From the NCBI GenBank assembly GCA_036172245.1, contig JAYWIR010000029.1, forward strand, positions 744,001 through 808,000: 64,000 bases of DNA, read 5' to 3'. The position numbers were made by a program, and so were the translations under genes. A model generated the notes under the pieces. It made no database searches. It saw only the letters and a list, made by a program, of their open reading frames with translations, and was not told where the DNA came from. Source of the stretch: Raillietiella orientalis. Taxonomy: Eukaryota. Below, piece after piece: positions 12,200 through 25,000 of this stretch (position 1 is its first letter; every line of letters starts with the position of its first letter).

Positions 12200-15100
12200 T
12201 CTTAAAGGGTGTAAGTCAGTCTAGGTTGGAATTATTTGAGAGATGGGAGAAGGCCTATTACATCTTTCAACTCTATTGATGCATACTGGTAGGGGCAAGA
12301 GACGTCCACCAGTATGATCATTTCCCTCGCCCTGGAGCAATAGATCTGGTTTTAACTTTGATTTGGTTCCCAGGATAGTCTGTTTGGCAGCTATCAACAG
12401 CCAGTGCTGCGGGATAGCTTTTTTTGGTATCGATCATTAGCTCGTTCTGCTCCTCTATGATCTTCGTCTGGTTGTTGAAAATGTGACCTAGTGTAGCTTC
12501 CCATCTTCTCGGAAGATGGGAGATCAGCACCCTCCCTGAGACGACGGCTCCGCAGGCAAAAGGTTGAGTCTTTCAGCACGAGTGAATCTACAGTCTGCAA
12601 AGCGAGAATATTCTCTGCAGCAAAGAAGATTCTCAGAAACCCGATACAGTTCTACCCAAAATATGGTCTTCTCTAGATCCGGGTGTCAAAAGGGATTTCC
12701 ACGCTGCCTCACGCTAAATTGTATGCGGTTTTGAGGTTTCTCATCTGAGCATCAAATGGAGAGCTCACAAGTCGATCTTGAGTGTTTCTCAAGCGTCCAT
12801 TTTATCGTTATTTTTCTGTACGCTTCCCTGCTCATCCACCAAATGCTTCTGATGTCGCTTCTGGGTTAACATCACCTTCCATCGATCATTCTGGATATAA
12901 AATCTCCAAAATCTTTATTCGTTGGTGGTGACTGGAATTGTTTTCTCTTGCTGTTTTCTGTTTGCTTAGGTTCTGTGCAACATCCATCTCATGGAATGCA
13001 ACGTCCTTTGAAATGGATGTTGCACTGCAGGATGAGGAAAGGTTGACAGCTTGAAGCAACTGTCAAAGCTAAGCTATCGATCGGTCTCATCCGGTAAAAC
13101 TGATAGGCGCCGACATCCCGCTGACTTATCACTAAGTATTTTTTGATCTCTCTTTTTAAGATATTAACGAGATTGAGATATTGGAGATATCTTTACTAAC
13201 CGCCTAATGTTATAATTGATGAATGTCCATTCCGCCATCTTGAATATTACTAGTCGTTGATAGCGTTTCAGTCTAGAAAAGAAAATTCTCATGGGATCCT
13301 AGCATTACCATGGAGGCAATCCAGAATTCATTATTGGGATCTCCTTTGCCATAATCTGTTGTTATATGTGTTCCAGTGAGAATAGCACCAAGCCAAGTGG
13401 TTTACCCAGGTCTACGTAGACATCGCCAAAGTCCAAACCCGGTATTGACAGATCACCGACCTCGCAAGTAGTTTTCCTCACTCCTGGTGTCTTGACTACG
13501 AAGTGCAATGATGCTCATTTTCTGGGGTTGATTGATAGACTGATAGCCCAGCTTTTTGTCCCCAAATCATGCAGCATATAGATATTCGCAAAGTCCATCC
13601 TTCGACTCTGCTACCAATAGGATCATCTGCGCATTATAGAATTTCCTCTAAACGGCTCTCCTATCTTTCGTAACATTGGCTTTATTCAAATGTTGCATAG
13701 CTGGGAGGTAAAGGGACACATTCCTGCTTTACCCTGCCGAATTAGAAATCCCTGGTGTCTTGCGATTCCTTTTGCACAAATGTGTATGCATCTTTGCATA
13801 GGTCCTTGACTATGTTTTCATTGATTCTCTCCCACTCCACTTTCTCTCGGGGCTTTATGCAACGGCTCGTGCGTGACAAATCCAAATGCATTTTCTAGAT
13901 CTAAGAATGCAGTGCTTATGTTTTGTGAGGATCTTCTAGCGTCTTCGAGTCCAGTTTACAGGATAAAATTTTGCAACGAGACTCAATCTCTTCTTCTGCT
14001 GGTAATGGGCATCAATAGGTCACTTCTAAGTCTTCCAAAAAGACATTTCGTATAAAAGCGGTAAATACAGTCACTAACACTATCACTGGTCTCCAACCCG
14101 AAATTCTTCCCGAGACTGAGGATGATTTAGGAAGAAGAACTGTCCTCAAATGCTTCCAGTACATCCGCGTTCTCTTAAGCCTGAGGCATAAGTTAAAGGT
14201 CAACATTACCGCCCCCGGATCTACTGACTTCCAGATCTTGTAGGAGATTTCGTCCGATTCTGAAAAGAAATTTCCCTCTCTGCATAAATATCGGTGCACT
14301 TTCGCCTGTTTTGAATGGTGTGGGAACTGAAAGTGGGAGAGACTTGGTTGCTCTTTCCTATCCTGAGATATATGGGCAATGCCCTTCTACTTCCTCAATG
14401 AGGATTCTGCAGTGCGCGTTTTCTAGGACCATAGCCCCATAGCCCCTCGGCAGTATGATCTTTTTGTTTCTCTGTGATTCGTTGGATGTAATTTCCCCTT
14501 CTTGATATTATCCTGGATGGGAGTTTTATTTTCAAGGACATTACTGACTTGTTCTTTCAATCGAGAGAGCTTGTTTTTGAAAATGTCCCATTCTACGTGT
14601 TCGAAGGTATTCAGCTCCGGAAAACGAATTCTTCCACTTGCAAAGGGATGTGAAGGGTTCTCCGTTGCAGGTTTCAGTTTCTTCAACTCTCCCTCTGTTG
14701 TTCCCAGATTTACTATGAACAGCAATTGTGTCCTTTCATCTTCTTTTCCTGGATGTTTTCCATCTTTGTTAAGTGGCCACATTGATACAGGATGTATCCT
14801 ATGTCGATCCTATTTCTTTCTTTCTCTCAAATGAGGTAATCCAGGTCATACGGATGCTCGAGATCCTCCACTGAGGCCATGAAAAGATTCCTAACGAAAA
14901 AGATATTTTAAATGAAATAAAAACCATCACACTTTGCAGACTATGGATTACTGCCAAACATGCCACAACATTGCTTAAGCTTCTTCCATACTATGCTATC
15001 TAATAAATTAAACTGAGCACAGAGCTTGTCGTCCTTGACTCTGGTCCTCGAGGTTGCCATGCTCCTATTTGTCTTCCTCCAGCTGTCTGGTTGGACATGC

Positions 15101-15500
15101 AGTGCTCCTCGCAAAGTGGACTTCGATGTTGTGGGTCCAGAATAAGCTAAGTATCTAAGGTTTTCCTATATGGGATCAACCATTGTTCGCGTCTCTTCCT
15201 TCCCTTCTTGAGTGACCCTTACATTGGGGATTTCCTTCTTCTCCACATTGACTGGAAAACTGGTTCGATTTCCTCCAAGTATACATCAAGTGGTCGAGTT
15301 TTACTCCTCTCTGACAAGTTCGATTGCACCGTGACCTCTCTGAGTCTGTATTCTCGGAAGGGGAGCACAGACCTGGAGACCTTTGCATGATTCGCCAATG
15401 CCTTTTGGCAAATCTCATTTTGCACTCTGGCCTGCTTCATTCTAGCGTGTCCATGATGGAAAGTCCAGACACACTACAGCAGGAGATAGCGAGGAGGAAA
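12200..15500 (-). mobile_element. Decayed near-full-length RLE-type non-LTR retrotransposon, Utopia/NeSL-like
   Basis: In order on minus: ISYKIWKSVDPGAVML.FNLCL..WK..RTVLLPK..WRP (14250-14090), LEDARR..FLDLENAFG (~13950-13880), CADD for YADD (~13633-13622), SINPRK, DLGKPLG (~13410), YSRFADCRFTRAERLNLLP (~12612-12555; cf. RFADWRFIHRARLNLLP), ATLGHIFN, KPDL..LVDVSCPY (~12352-12290, PD..D endonuclease). Many stops and frameshifts. Confidence 0.8.
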
Positions 15501-18177
15501 GAAAAAAAGTTCTACGAAGACAGGGAACAATTTTTTCTAATGCATATTGAGAGTCCTAGAGAAGGAGGAGGGAGTTTAGAGTGTGTCCAATCTTTAGTTG
15601 AAAAAATAGTAAAGACAGGACAGAACAAAAGCTCCCACGGTATGTGGAGAACAAACATAATATGCAAAGCCAGAGGGAGAACAAAGGGAGACAGAGGGAA
15701 AACAAAGGAGAGGAACTGCATCCGGAATGGAGAGCGGCAAGAACACTCAAGTTCAAGGAACCCCGTCAGGAAAGATGGAGCGGACTCTTCGGGAAGGGGA
15801 AGCCAAAGTGGGAAAATTAAGTGGGAGTTGGTTTGGTTGTTTGCATGTCATGTAATCGTTCCATTTTCAATAAACCTCTAGGAGGATTGAAGAAAGAGGA
15901 AATATCACAGATTCCGACTGTTACTAGTTATGCCACCTTACGAAACTATCCGTGTGAAGAACAGTACTGCAATGGAAGTATTTTCTGTTTTGTTGTTTCT
16001 TTTGTTTTCCCTTTATTGGACCTATTTAGCACGTAATTGGTAGCTTTCTGAAGAGATTCCGTTCGTGCATTTTCAAACATTGATGGTACATGATTTCGAA
16101 GAAACGATATTAAATTCACACATCTTTCTTTTGTTAATCAAACTCCATATGTGATGTGCAGTTTTTCACACTGTAAAACACAAATGAGTATCACTATAAA
16201 GCTAAAAATGTCGCTTTTTTCTTAAACGGAATCCAATCGTATTTAATGTTTTGGTAGCAGTGATTGAGGTCGTCCATCAATATAAGCTGTGCGTTAGTTG
16301 CTACTGTTCGGCATCTGTAGTTCCTTATCTAGTTCTGGATAATTCTGTATAAGTAGCAATGGTACAAATTTGATAAAACTTTGTTCTAGCCAAAGTGAGA
16401 ACCTTATTTTTCTATCCAAAAATTAAGCATGTTTATCCTGTGTTTTCATTGCGTTACCTTTTATAGAACTCCCATTCTTTCAGGTTAAACTCTGTCTGTA
16501 CTGTAACCATCAGTTTTTCCCATATTGCAACAGAACAATGGCAGAAGAATATTCAACTTGTTCTGAGATCATCTTCAAGTGATTAACCAATTTAGCCACT
16601 AAGCAAATAGCTATATTACTCTTCTAATTTCAGACTACGTCAGATTTCTCCACTTGAACAACCATTTTGATACAAAATTTTACTACATTTACCGTAATCC
16701 AATCTCAGTCAATACCTGATCTGCCTGTCGTTGATTCAGTTTCGTTTTAGACTTTGCATGTTATAATACCTCATTGGTTATCTACTGACTGATGTTTCCT
16801 TCCGAAAAATTCGAATGTCTTCGAATTTTTCGAGAGGAAAATTCAAGTTCATTAAAAAATTCGAACACTGAGATTCCAGTTTAGTAGAAATAACAAAGGA
16901 TGAACCGTGAACAGCTTACTGCCTGGTTTAGTACTGGAATGTAGGCGTTTACACGATGTTGTGTGCCCCATTTTTTAACGTGGGTTCTCAGAAAGCAATA
17001 ATGCTTAGACCATCATCTTCGCAAAAATACATCATTTTTTTTTAATAGATACAACTAAAAAATCTCTTAACGTTTATAACTATTAATACTTCAGTTGACA
17101 TGCCACCATAAATGAGAGCTGTCCTTTCATATTTCATATGTTATGGACTCATTCCACAGCTCGAGTGGAGAAGCCTTCTAAAATTGATCCAAATCAGGAA
17201 CTGAAGACAAGACTGGAATTTTTGTAAGAATGTGAATTTGGAATTCAAATTATCAACTGACAGACTCTTGATGGAATATTTCAAATCCATTTCTCTTTTA
17301 TAGACCTCTTACTTCTTCCCCTCATCAGATGCTGTGTTCTCGGCTAATTAATTTCTAGTCCTTATTTGCTAAAGCAGCTAAAATATGGTCGCGGGATCTT
17401 CCATCTCCTGAAATATTGAACCGTATCTTATTATACAAATTTTGCCAAGTCACTCATACATGAGTTATTAATTGCTACATTTTTCAAAAAAAAAGTTTGG
17501 CTTGATAATTAATCATACCAATATCATTGAGATTGATATTCAATACTACGAAATACTTGCAAATGTTCGATACTGTTTCTCTCTCCTATTTGATTAATTC
17601 AGATGCTGTTTAAATCTGCTTATCCATTTCTACGAAATTAGATAAATTTAAGCCTTCCAATGTAAAACTTATCCATTGCTTATCAACGGTTCCATTATGC
17701 TACAAATATATCCAAGCAAACTCAATTGCGGCTTGGTAACAGTTTCAGATAGCCTATATCTGTTTTGATTTATGTAATAAAGTATCGATTTGCCCCATTA
17801 TCCTTAGTTAACTGTTACCTCCTTCCGCATCTAAGTAACCAGTGGATTTTGATAAAAACTATGCTGGATTTTTCTTATTGTGATGATACGGTGGAGACCA
17901 CAAAGTTTATTGATGAATTGTGATTATCAATAAACCAACGTTAAAGGAAAGGAGATGTGGTTATTCATGTATTATTTGCTAGACAAGTGACTATTTGTTG
18001 TTTGTTAAAGTAAATAATTGTGAGAAACGTTTTCAGAAACGTTTCAGTGATTTTTCACTCGTGGAATCCCCTATATTTTTTCTTAGCGTTTTCAGCCTTG
18101 ATTTGTTATTTTTTGACAGATTACGTACTGAAATGCAGTTTCTCGAGGACAGTGCTCCAAGTAGATAAATTTTTAAA

Positions 18178-21100
18178 ATGTCACTAGGAAAAGGGTTCAA
18201 GGTATACGATAAAATCGATTTGCAAGAATCGTATAGTATAATTCTGGAACAACGTGATTATCAGGAAGCGTTGCTGTTTGAAGCCAATGTAGTCGCAATA
18301 CTGTGTAAGTACAAATAAACCGAATTCTTGTGGAACCCCGAATTTTTCTTTTTTTCTCTCTTAACTCCTGTTTGAAATTATAATTGACACAATGAAACTA
18401 ACGCGTATTTGAAATTCTTCAGAAAAGTTTTCGAAGTTACCTGCAGTACACCTACTTTTTCAGAACATAAACATCTGTATGTGTGTGGTACTTTGTCTGT
18501 TACATTTCATTTGAACATTTATTCTTCATGAAAACATTGTTTTCTCTAATTTAAATTTCTTAAATGTATATTGTTTTTTCAGTTCATAAAAACTATAATT
18601 TTAAATTGCAGGATTTCATATAACTATTTTAAAATTTTGTGGATTTAGTAATTGTTAGCACTGAAACACTTTTTGTTCAGTAAACCACGTGCCCGCTTAT
18701 CGTTAATGAGAATGATTTGTGATCGTAAATAGCTTTTCATTTTAAATTCAATTTTGAAACTGATGCAAAAAAAAATTTTCCAACTCATAATTTCGATTTC
18801 ATTGTTATGTGAAAAGTAGATTACGCAAAATGGTATGCAATAGGTTGGTTAGTATTTTTATATAAAGTCTTGGTAATTTATAATAATTAGAACTAAGCAA
18901 GAAGCATTGACTTTTTAGTTGTATGATGCAATCAATTTGGAACATTCTGATTGAGATCTGTCTGTTGTGGAATCAATTTAAAAGTGAATAAATTCAATGG
19001 AATTTGAAGTTCAAAAGATCACTATAGGTAAATAACAGTAGAAACAGATAGTTAAAGAGGTTTCTCAATAGGTGAAAGGTGTTTAGTACACAGGAAAAAA
19101 ATGATTTAGTGTGTCACCAGTCTGTGGGGAAAAGTGAATGTATTTTGAAAGTATGAAAGTATGCATACAGAATTTTGGTGTGAGAGTAATACATACACAG
19201 TGACACATACACACTATTACAATCTTCTTCTGTGAATAGTTCCCCCTTACTTTGAATGTAGTAGCTGAGATTACACAAACAACCAAACTGTTCTAAAGAT
19301 GGAAATGTTAATGGATCCAATCAGTTAAAGTGTTTTCCTTTTAAAAAACCAGAATCTCCAATAAGTATAAAAGTGTCACAGAGGAATCATTCCTTAGCAT
19401 TATTGGGAAGAGATGTTTCAGATCAAAATCTATTTGTCACTTGCTTTATAAAAAGTGGAATAGTTATGGCAAACTGTTACAGTCTGTTGATCACAGTAGA
19501 AATGAAACAGTCATTTTCTCCAAGTTTGCACGTATTTAAAACTAATTTTTCTGAATCTATATGTGCAGAGCAGACAGTAGGCAAATCTGTGTTTTTTACC
19601 TGTACAGCTTTGCATTCATTTTGTTTTCATTCATTAATGCCTTGTAATAATTCAGAATTGCTACAAAATACCAGGAGGACTGGATATTGCAAGCATGTCA
19701 ACATTCCAACATTGACTGATGTGATTGTAGTGTTATTTGATCACATCTAAAGTAGATCAGAGAAGTGGCAAATAATGTCATTAAAAGTTTCATGAGTTTA
19801 GATACTCAGATTGGACCTAAATGAATTCTGCTATATATGTAGTTTTGGGAATTGAATGCAACAATAGATAATCCTATCAACTTATACATAAGGGAATGTT
19901 GCCTTATTTGTATTTCAGTACAAGAATCCTATGCAGTGGTATTAGAAAAATCGGAAGTTGCATGGTATGAAATAATAGGTGGTGGTTAGAATGTGTTTCC
20001 AAAAATTTTTTGTAGTTGTCACAAAGCATTCATTTCATATAACTGAAGAAAACATAGGTGTTTTGTTTTTTGTCAGGTACATGATGATTGCTTGGTTTCT
20101 GATCCATTAATTGTTTGATGAAAAATTCCGTATTAATATTCGATTGCTATTTCAAAAATCATGGGTTTATCCATTTATGGATTTCCCATTTGAAATCTCG
20201 TATGGTAGCACGTTGTTTATATGTTACTTCCTTTCCGTGATTTGAAAATTAGATAAGTTCGAATAATCATTCGAGAATTCTTTGAATGCTTGCTCTGTAC
20301 AGTTTTCATATTTAAACAAATTTTGCCCGTCTAAGAAAAGAGAATCACTTGATTGCGTGGTTCTTCATGAGGTAATATCAAATGCTCTTTGGAACCTCAC
20401 AAGGGAGAGTTTCGTTGTTTAATCCTCCCGATACATGGAACATTTGTCTGTTAATGCCGCAAGCCGTAAAAATTGTTTTGGGTCATCTAACACTTTCAAG
20501 CATAAGGTTTTTTTTTCTCCTCTTGACATTTTACTGAAAGTGGCAATCCAAAAAGAAATGCATGTTGAATAAATGTCACTTTACGAAGATACACATCAAG
20601 ACGAGCCTGACACATTCGGCGAACGATGGCGATGGCGACATCTGGAATCCTCATGATGCCAGGGAGCCAGTTCTGTGGAGCTCTTCTGAAAAACTTCAAA
20701 GTGGTCATTAGATTCACGAGGTTTTTTGGACTGGAGCTTTCCAGACACAGCACTTGCCATGAAGCCGGTTATAACATTTGTATCATACACTGAAGGCCAC
20801 TCATCATACACAGTGCACTCTCCTGAGGTTTCGCTACCAGCTGAGCTTGTTGATTTTCCTCCATCAAAGCCTTGTACACAGCTTGCCAACTGCCATTGTG
20901 CAACAGCAATTTCGAGAGCACAGCTTCTCGAACATCCACCAGCATACCCGCCGAACTCTGCAGCACTTTTCCCGTAGAATCGAAAGGAAGGAAGTTCCCA
21001 TGGTGTACACCTTTTAAAGAGATATTTCTCTTTTTTCGTTCTCTGATTGGGGAATCCTGTTCTGGAATTTTACTACATGCTAACTCGGACCGTCTGATTC

Positions 21101-22025
21101 ATTAAAAAAGTGGTAGTTTACCGTTAGTAAATAAAATCACCACAAAGTTTAACATTGTAATACAGACTCCGATCGCTACGTGTTAAGGGAATACTGTTAA
21201 TGGTTCAGTTTTGCAACCAGTTGGCGATCTTCTAATTGGATTTACCGAATTCGTGGAAAATGAAGTATTATGGATAGACTTTACCAGTGTTCAATGGATT
21301 TTTGTTTTATGTTTCTTTCGAAAACACATGGCAACTCTTCTTGATTACTCTTAAATATGTGGTTTTGTTCTTTCCTGGAAATCAAACCCAGCACTTAAGC
21401 ATACTTTCTTAAATGCTTGATTAAGGTAGCTGATTTTGAATAAATGATTTCCTAATCACGAACTGAATTCATCAAAATCATGTATGCAGTCTTTTTGCAA
21501 AAAAATATTTGCGCTTTTGTACAATATTCACGTTGCTTTTAATTTTTTGCATATGATTCCGTATGAAAGATGTTTCATATCAATGTCAGTATTACTGAAG
21601 AAATTCACTGTTTCATATGAATCAGCAGTCTTGGTTACATTACAAATGTAATGTCTAATATTACAGGTATTATGTTTCCTGTAAGAATTCCTTTGTTATT
21701 GAAAAAATTAGCGCCAAATTACATGATATTGTGATTGTGTCGAATAGAGATTTGCCTGCCTTGTGTTTTAAAAAAAGGATGTCTTAATTTTCTGTTACTT
21801 TGTATATAGTGGTTACATGTTATGCGTATGTTTCTTAAGACGTGTTGCTGCAATTTTTTCCCTGAAATATTTAAGTTTAGGTAGCTAGATTCGAAGATGT
21901 TTTGTGGGCTTGCTGCTGTATTTATTACCATACCTGACAACTAATTTTAAAAAACTTTGCCGCATAACACTCTGAATCTTGTAGTAATTGTCTTCCCACT
22001 GATTTCACCCTTTATCCGACTCTTC

Positions 22026-22093
<68 letters not shown>

Positions 22094-25000
22094 ATTCTGT
22101 CGACAAACCACCAACTTGTTAATACGAAGTAAACGCCTGCGTGGAAAGGGTTCTCGTTAAGCACCAGAGATTAATTTGCTTTGTTAATTTTCCATTACAG
22201 CAACCAAAGAGGTTACTACAGAATAAGGAATAGACAGAGAATGCACAGAAGTACTCACGGTGTAATAAAATCCTTAAAACTATGAGATGATAGCTGCAGT
22301 TAAAATAATTTTAATTCTGAGGAACTGCAACAGCTGTCTGAAAAAAAAAAAAACAAGCTTTTATTGTGGTTTATAGGAAATTTAGTAAAAGTAATTTCGA
22401 TTGGGTTTATAATCAATGGAGGTAATGAAAATATGTAAACTATTGCACGGTTTATTGTCTGTTGAAAAGCAACGTGGACGCTCGTGAAGATATGCTTCTA
22501 ATAAAAGTAATTATGAATTTTTGTTTTCAAGATCACATTTGTAATACTAGGAAGCTACTGTTAAAATGTTCTTAACCTTCAAAGTTTGTTGGTACTTCCA
22601 ATTTTGTACAAGCACCTCACCATTTTGACCGTTAGGAGGTTTTGTTTTGTTATTGAGTTATATGGATTATTTCCAAGCCTGGTATTTCATTATAGACGTA
22701 TATGCATGTACCTAAGATTACCTGTAATCGTAGGTACGTGCACATACGTTCATAAGTGTTGTGCTGTATACTTTGTAATGAAATAGTTCATTTTTTTTTT
22801 CTTTTTTCTTTTTCAGGCAATGAAGAATTGCATGTACTCAAGAAACATTATAAGAAAATCGGAGATGCCTATGGATCCTTGGGTGTACTGCAGCTGTCTG
22901 CAAGTGAGTGTTCATCTTGAGCTTCTTCACATACCGCAATATGCGTACTCGATCAACTCATTTCTTTCATTCGAATCCATTAACAATTTCAGATTTTCAC
23001 GTGGATGTTTACGTTGCGTACGTTCGCACTTTTTGTTGAAAAGCTCAGAACTGAATAGCGAAAACGTAGTCCGCGGTCTTATACAACCCTTTTTCCTGCC
23101 TTGATGGAGCTAATCGCAGTCAGTAAAGTCATAGTAGTCACTAAAATAAATGTATATATTCTTTCGTTTTAACGGTAAGAAAATTCCCTTTAATGAATAA
23201 TAATTGAAAATCTTTGCGACCGTTCGTTATAATTTTGGCCCTCAAGCAAGCCCTTCATTTTCTTTAAATCGTTGCCAGCCAGTTTTCTTATTTTTATTAT
23301 CCTCAGCCTTCTCCAACATTTCCCAAACGCATTGGTCCAGTTCGCATGCAGTGCGTAAGATATGCATGTAAAATACATGAAAACTGAGAATATTTCTGTA
23401 TGCTGACCTGCAGTTTGTAAGCCAAAATGTAAGTTTGTAAGTCTCGTGAATTTGGAAAGCTTATTCGCACACTGCACCCGGGTACAGAATTTCTCATTAG
23501 ATAATTACCTCGCTACAGTTTTTGTTTTTCTTTCCCTAATGACTAATAAGCTGTTTCGTATCGTGATTGTGTTAGCAATACATTCATTCGATGGATGTAA
23601 ATAATTGAACGTGTTGACCCCATGCAAACACATTTGCATACTTTCCATGCTTTTGAAGTTCATATTTCATTTATTGCTTCTAACTGTGTTTCAGCCACAA
23701 ATCTGTCATCGTTCTTAGTGTTGGTCACGGGATGTACATCCATTGGAAGAGTAGAGAACTCTGAAATTTTTCGCATCACATCAACGTTATTGTTACCACT
23801 TAAGAAATCCACCGTAGATGAAGAAAAACTTATAGAAATAAGAAAGTTGTTGAATTCTGGTTCATTTTATTTCTGCTGGTCATACAGTGGTTCCTCTTTT
23901 GATCTGACACTGTGTGCCCAGGAAGCTTGGAAAGCCAAACAAACTGATAATCGCTTTTTTTGGTAAGCACATGTTCCCATAAGATTACTGTGAACGGATT
24001 TCGAGATCATCTCATGCTTTAGAATGTAATTCAATGGAACTTATCATTCTTGGATTTCTGAGTATATAACAGTTCTCTGTATTGATCCATAAATCATTTT
24101 TTCAACTCATGTCTTATCTTTTATTTTTTTCGCGTTACATCAACGTTGTTATTACCACTTAAAAAATCCACCCTAGGTGAAGGAAAACTTATAGAAATAA
24201 AAAAACTTGTTGAATTCTGGTTCATTTTGTGTCTGCTGGTCATATGGCGGTATTTTTTAACACCACTTTATATGACCCTTTAGCAATGAATTAATTGAGT
24301 TAATATGAACGTTTGTTTGGTTACTTTCCCGTATCCCATGTCTTTGTCTTCTGTGTGGACTTGGTAAGGGGACCGGTAAGTGATAATAAAAAAAAAATCG
24401 TGCTCCAGGAATACAGTAAAACAAGGGAAAGGTGCGCCATAATGAGCCTGAGTAATGGGAACTCGACTTGCTCGCATTTTGTGGCAAGATACCGGTAAAA
24501 TTGAGCTGCATAAGTGTAGCATGCGAACGTTGATGTAAATTAAAAAGCGTCTTGAGAAACGTTTACTTTTAAAATGCAAAAAACGGGAATGTAAAAACCG
24601 GCAAGAAGCATGCATTCTAAAAGTACCTGAAAAAGTGATCCAAAAGGGAGTTGACGTTCTTGTAGATGCGCAAAGGCAAAGGCGCTTGCTTCGATACTTA
24701 CGACACGTCATGTGCATGAGAAAAAGAATTGAGCTATGGAGCTCGTGGAAAAGTTCTTTGAACGAAAATTCGGTTATGTACAGCTCTGCAAGTAAAAAAC
24801 GTCACGAGATGCTAAATTGCACAGTGTGAGCAGTGCGAAGAAATGTGTAGGCAACGTATTCGATCCAACTCTAATTCCGAGTTATCTTTAATCCTGATCC
24901 GATCCGATCAACTTGCCATTAGCTTCAGAAGATGAGCGTTAGGAGTGAAACTGTGAATAAGCACAGAATTCTAAAAAATTAAACACGTTGATAGCTGAAC

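Noticed and set aside
22027..22089. Poly(T) as the tail of a retrocopy
   Set aside because: No target-site duplication or recognisable retro-sequence adjacent; homopolymer length may also be a sequencing artefact.
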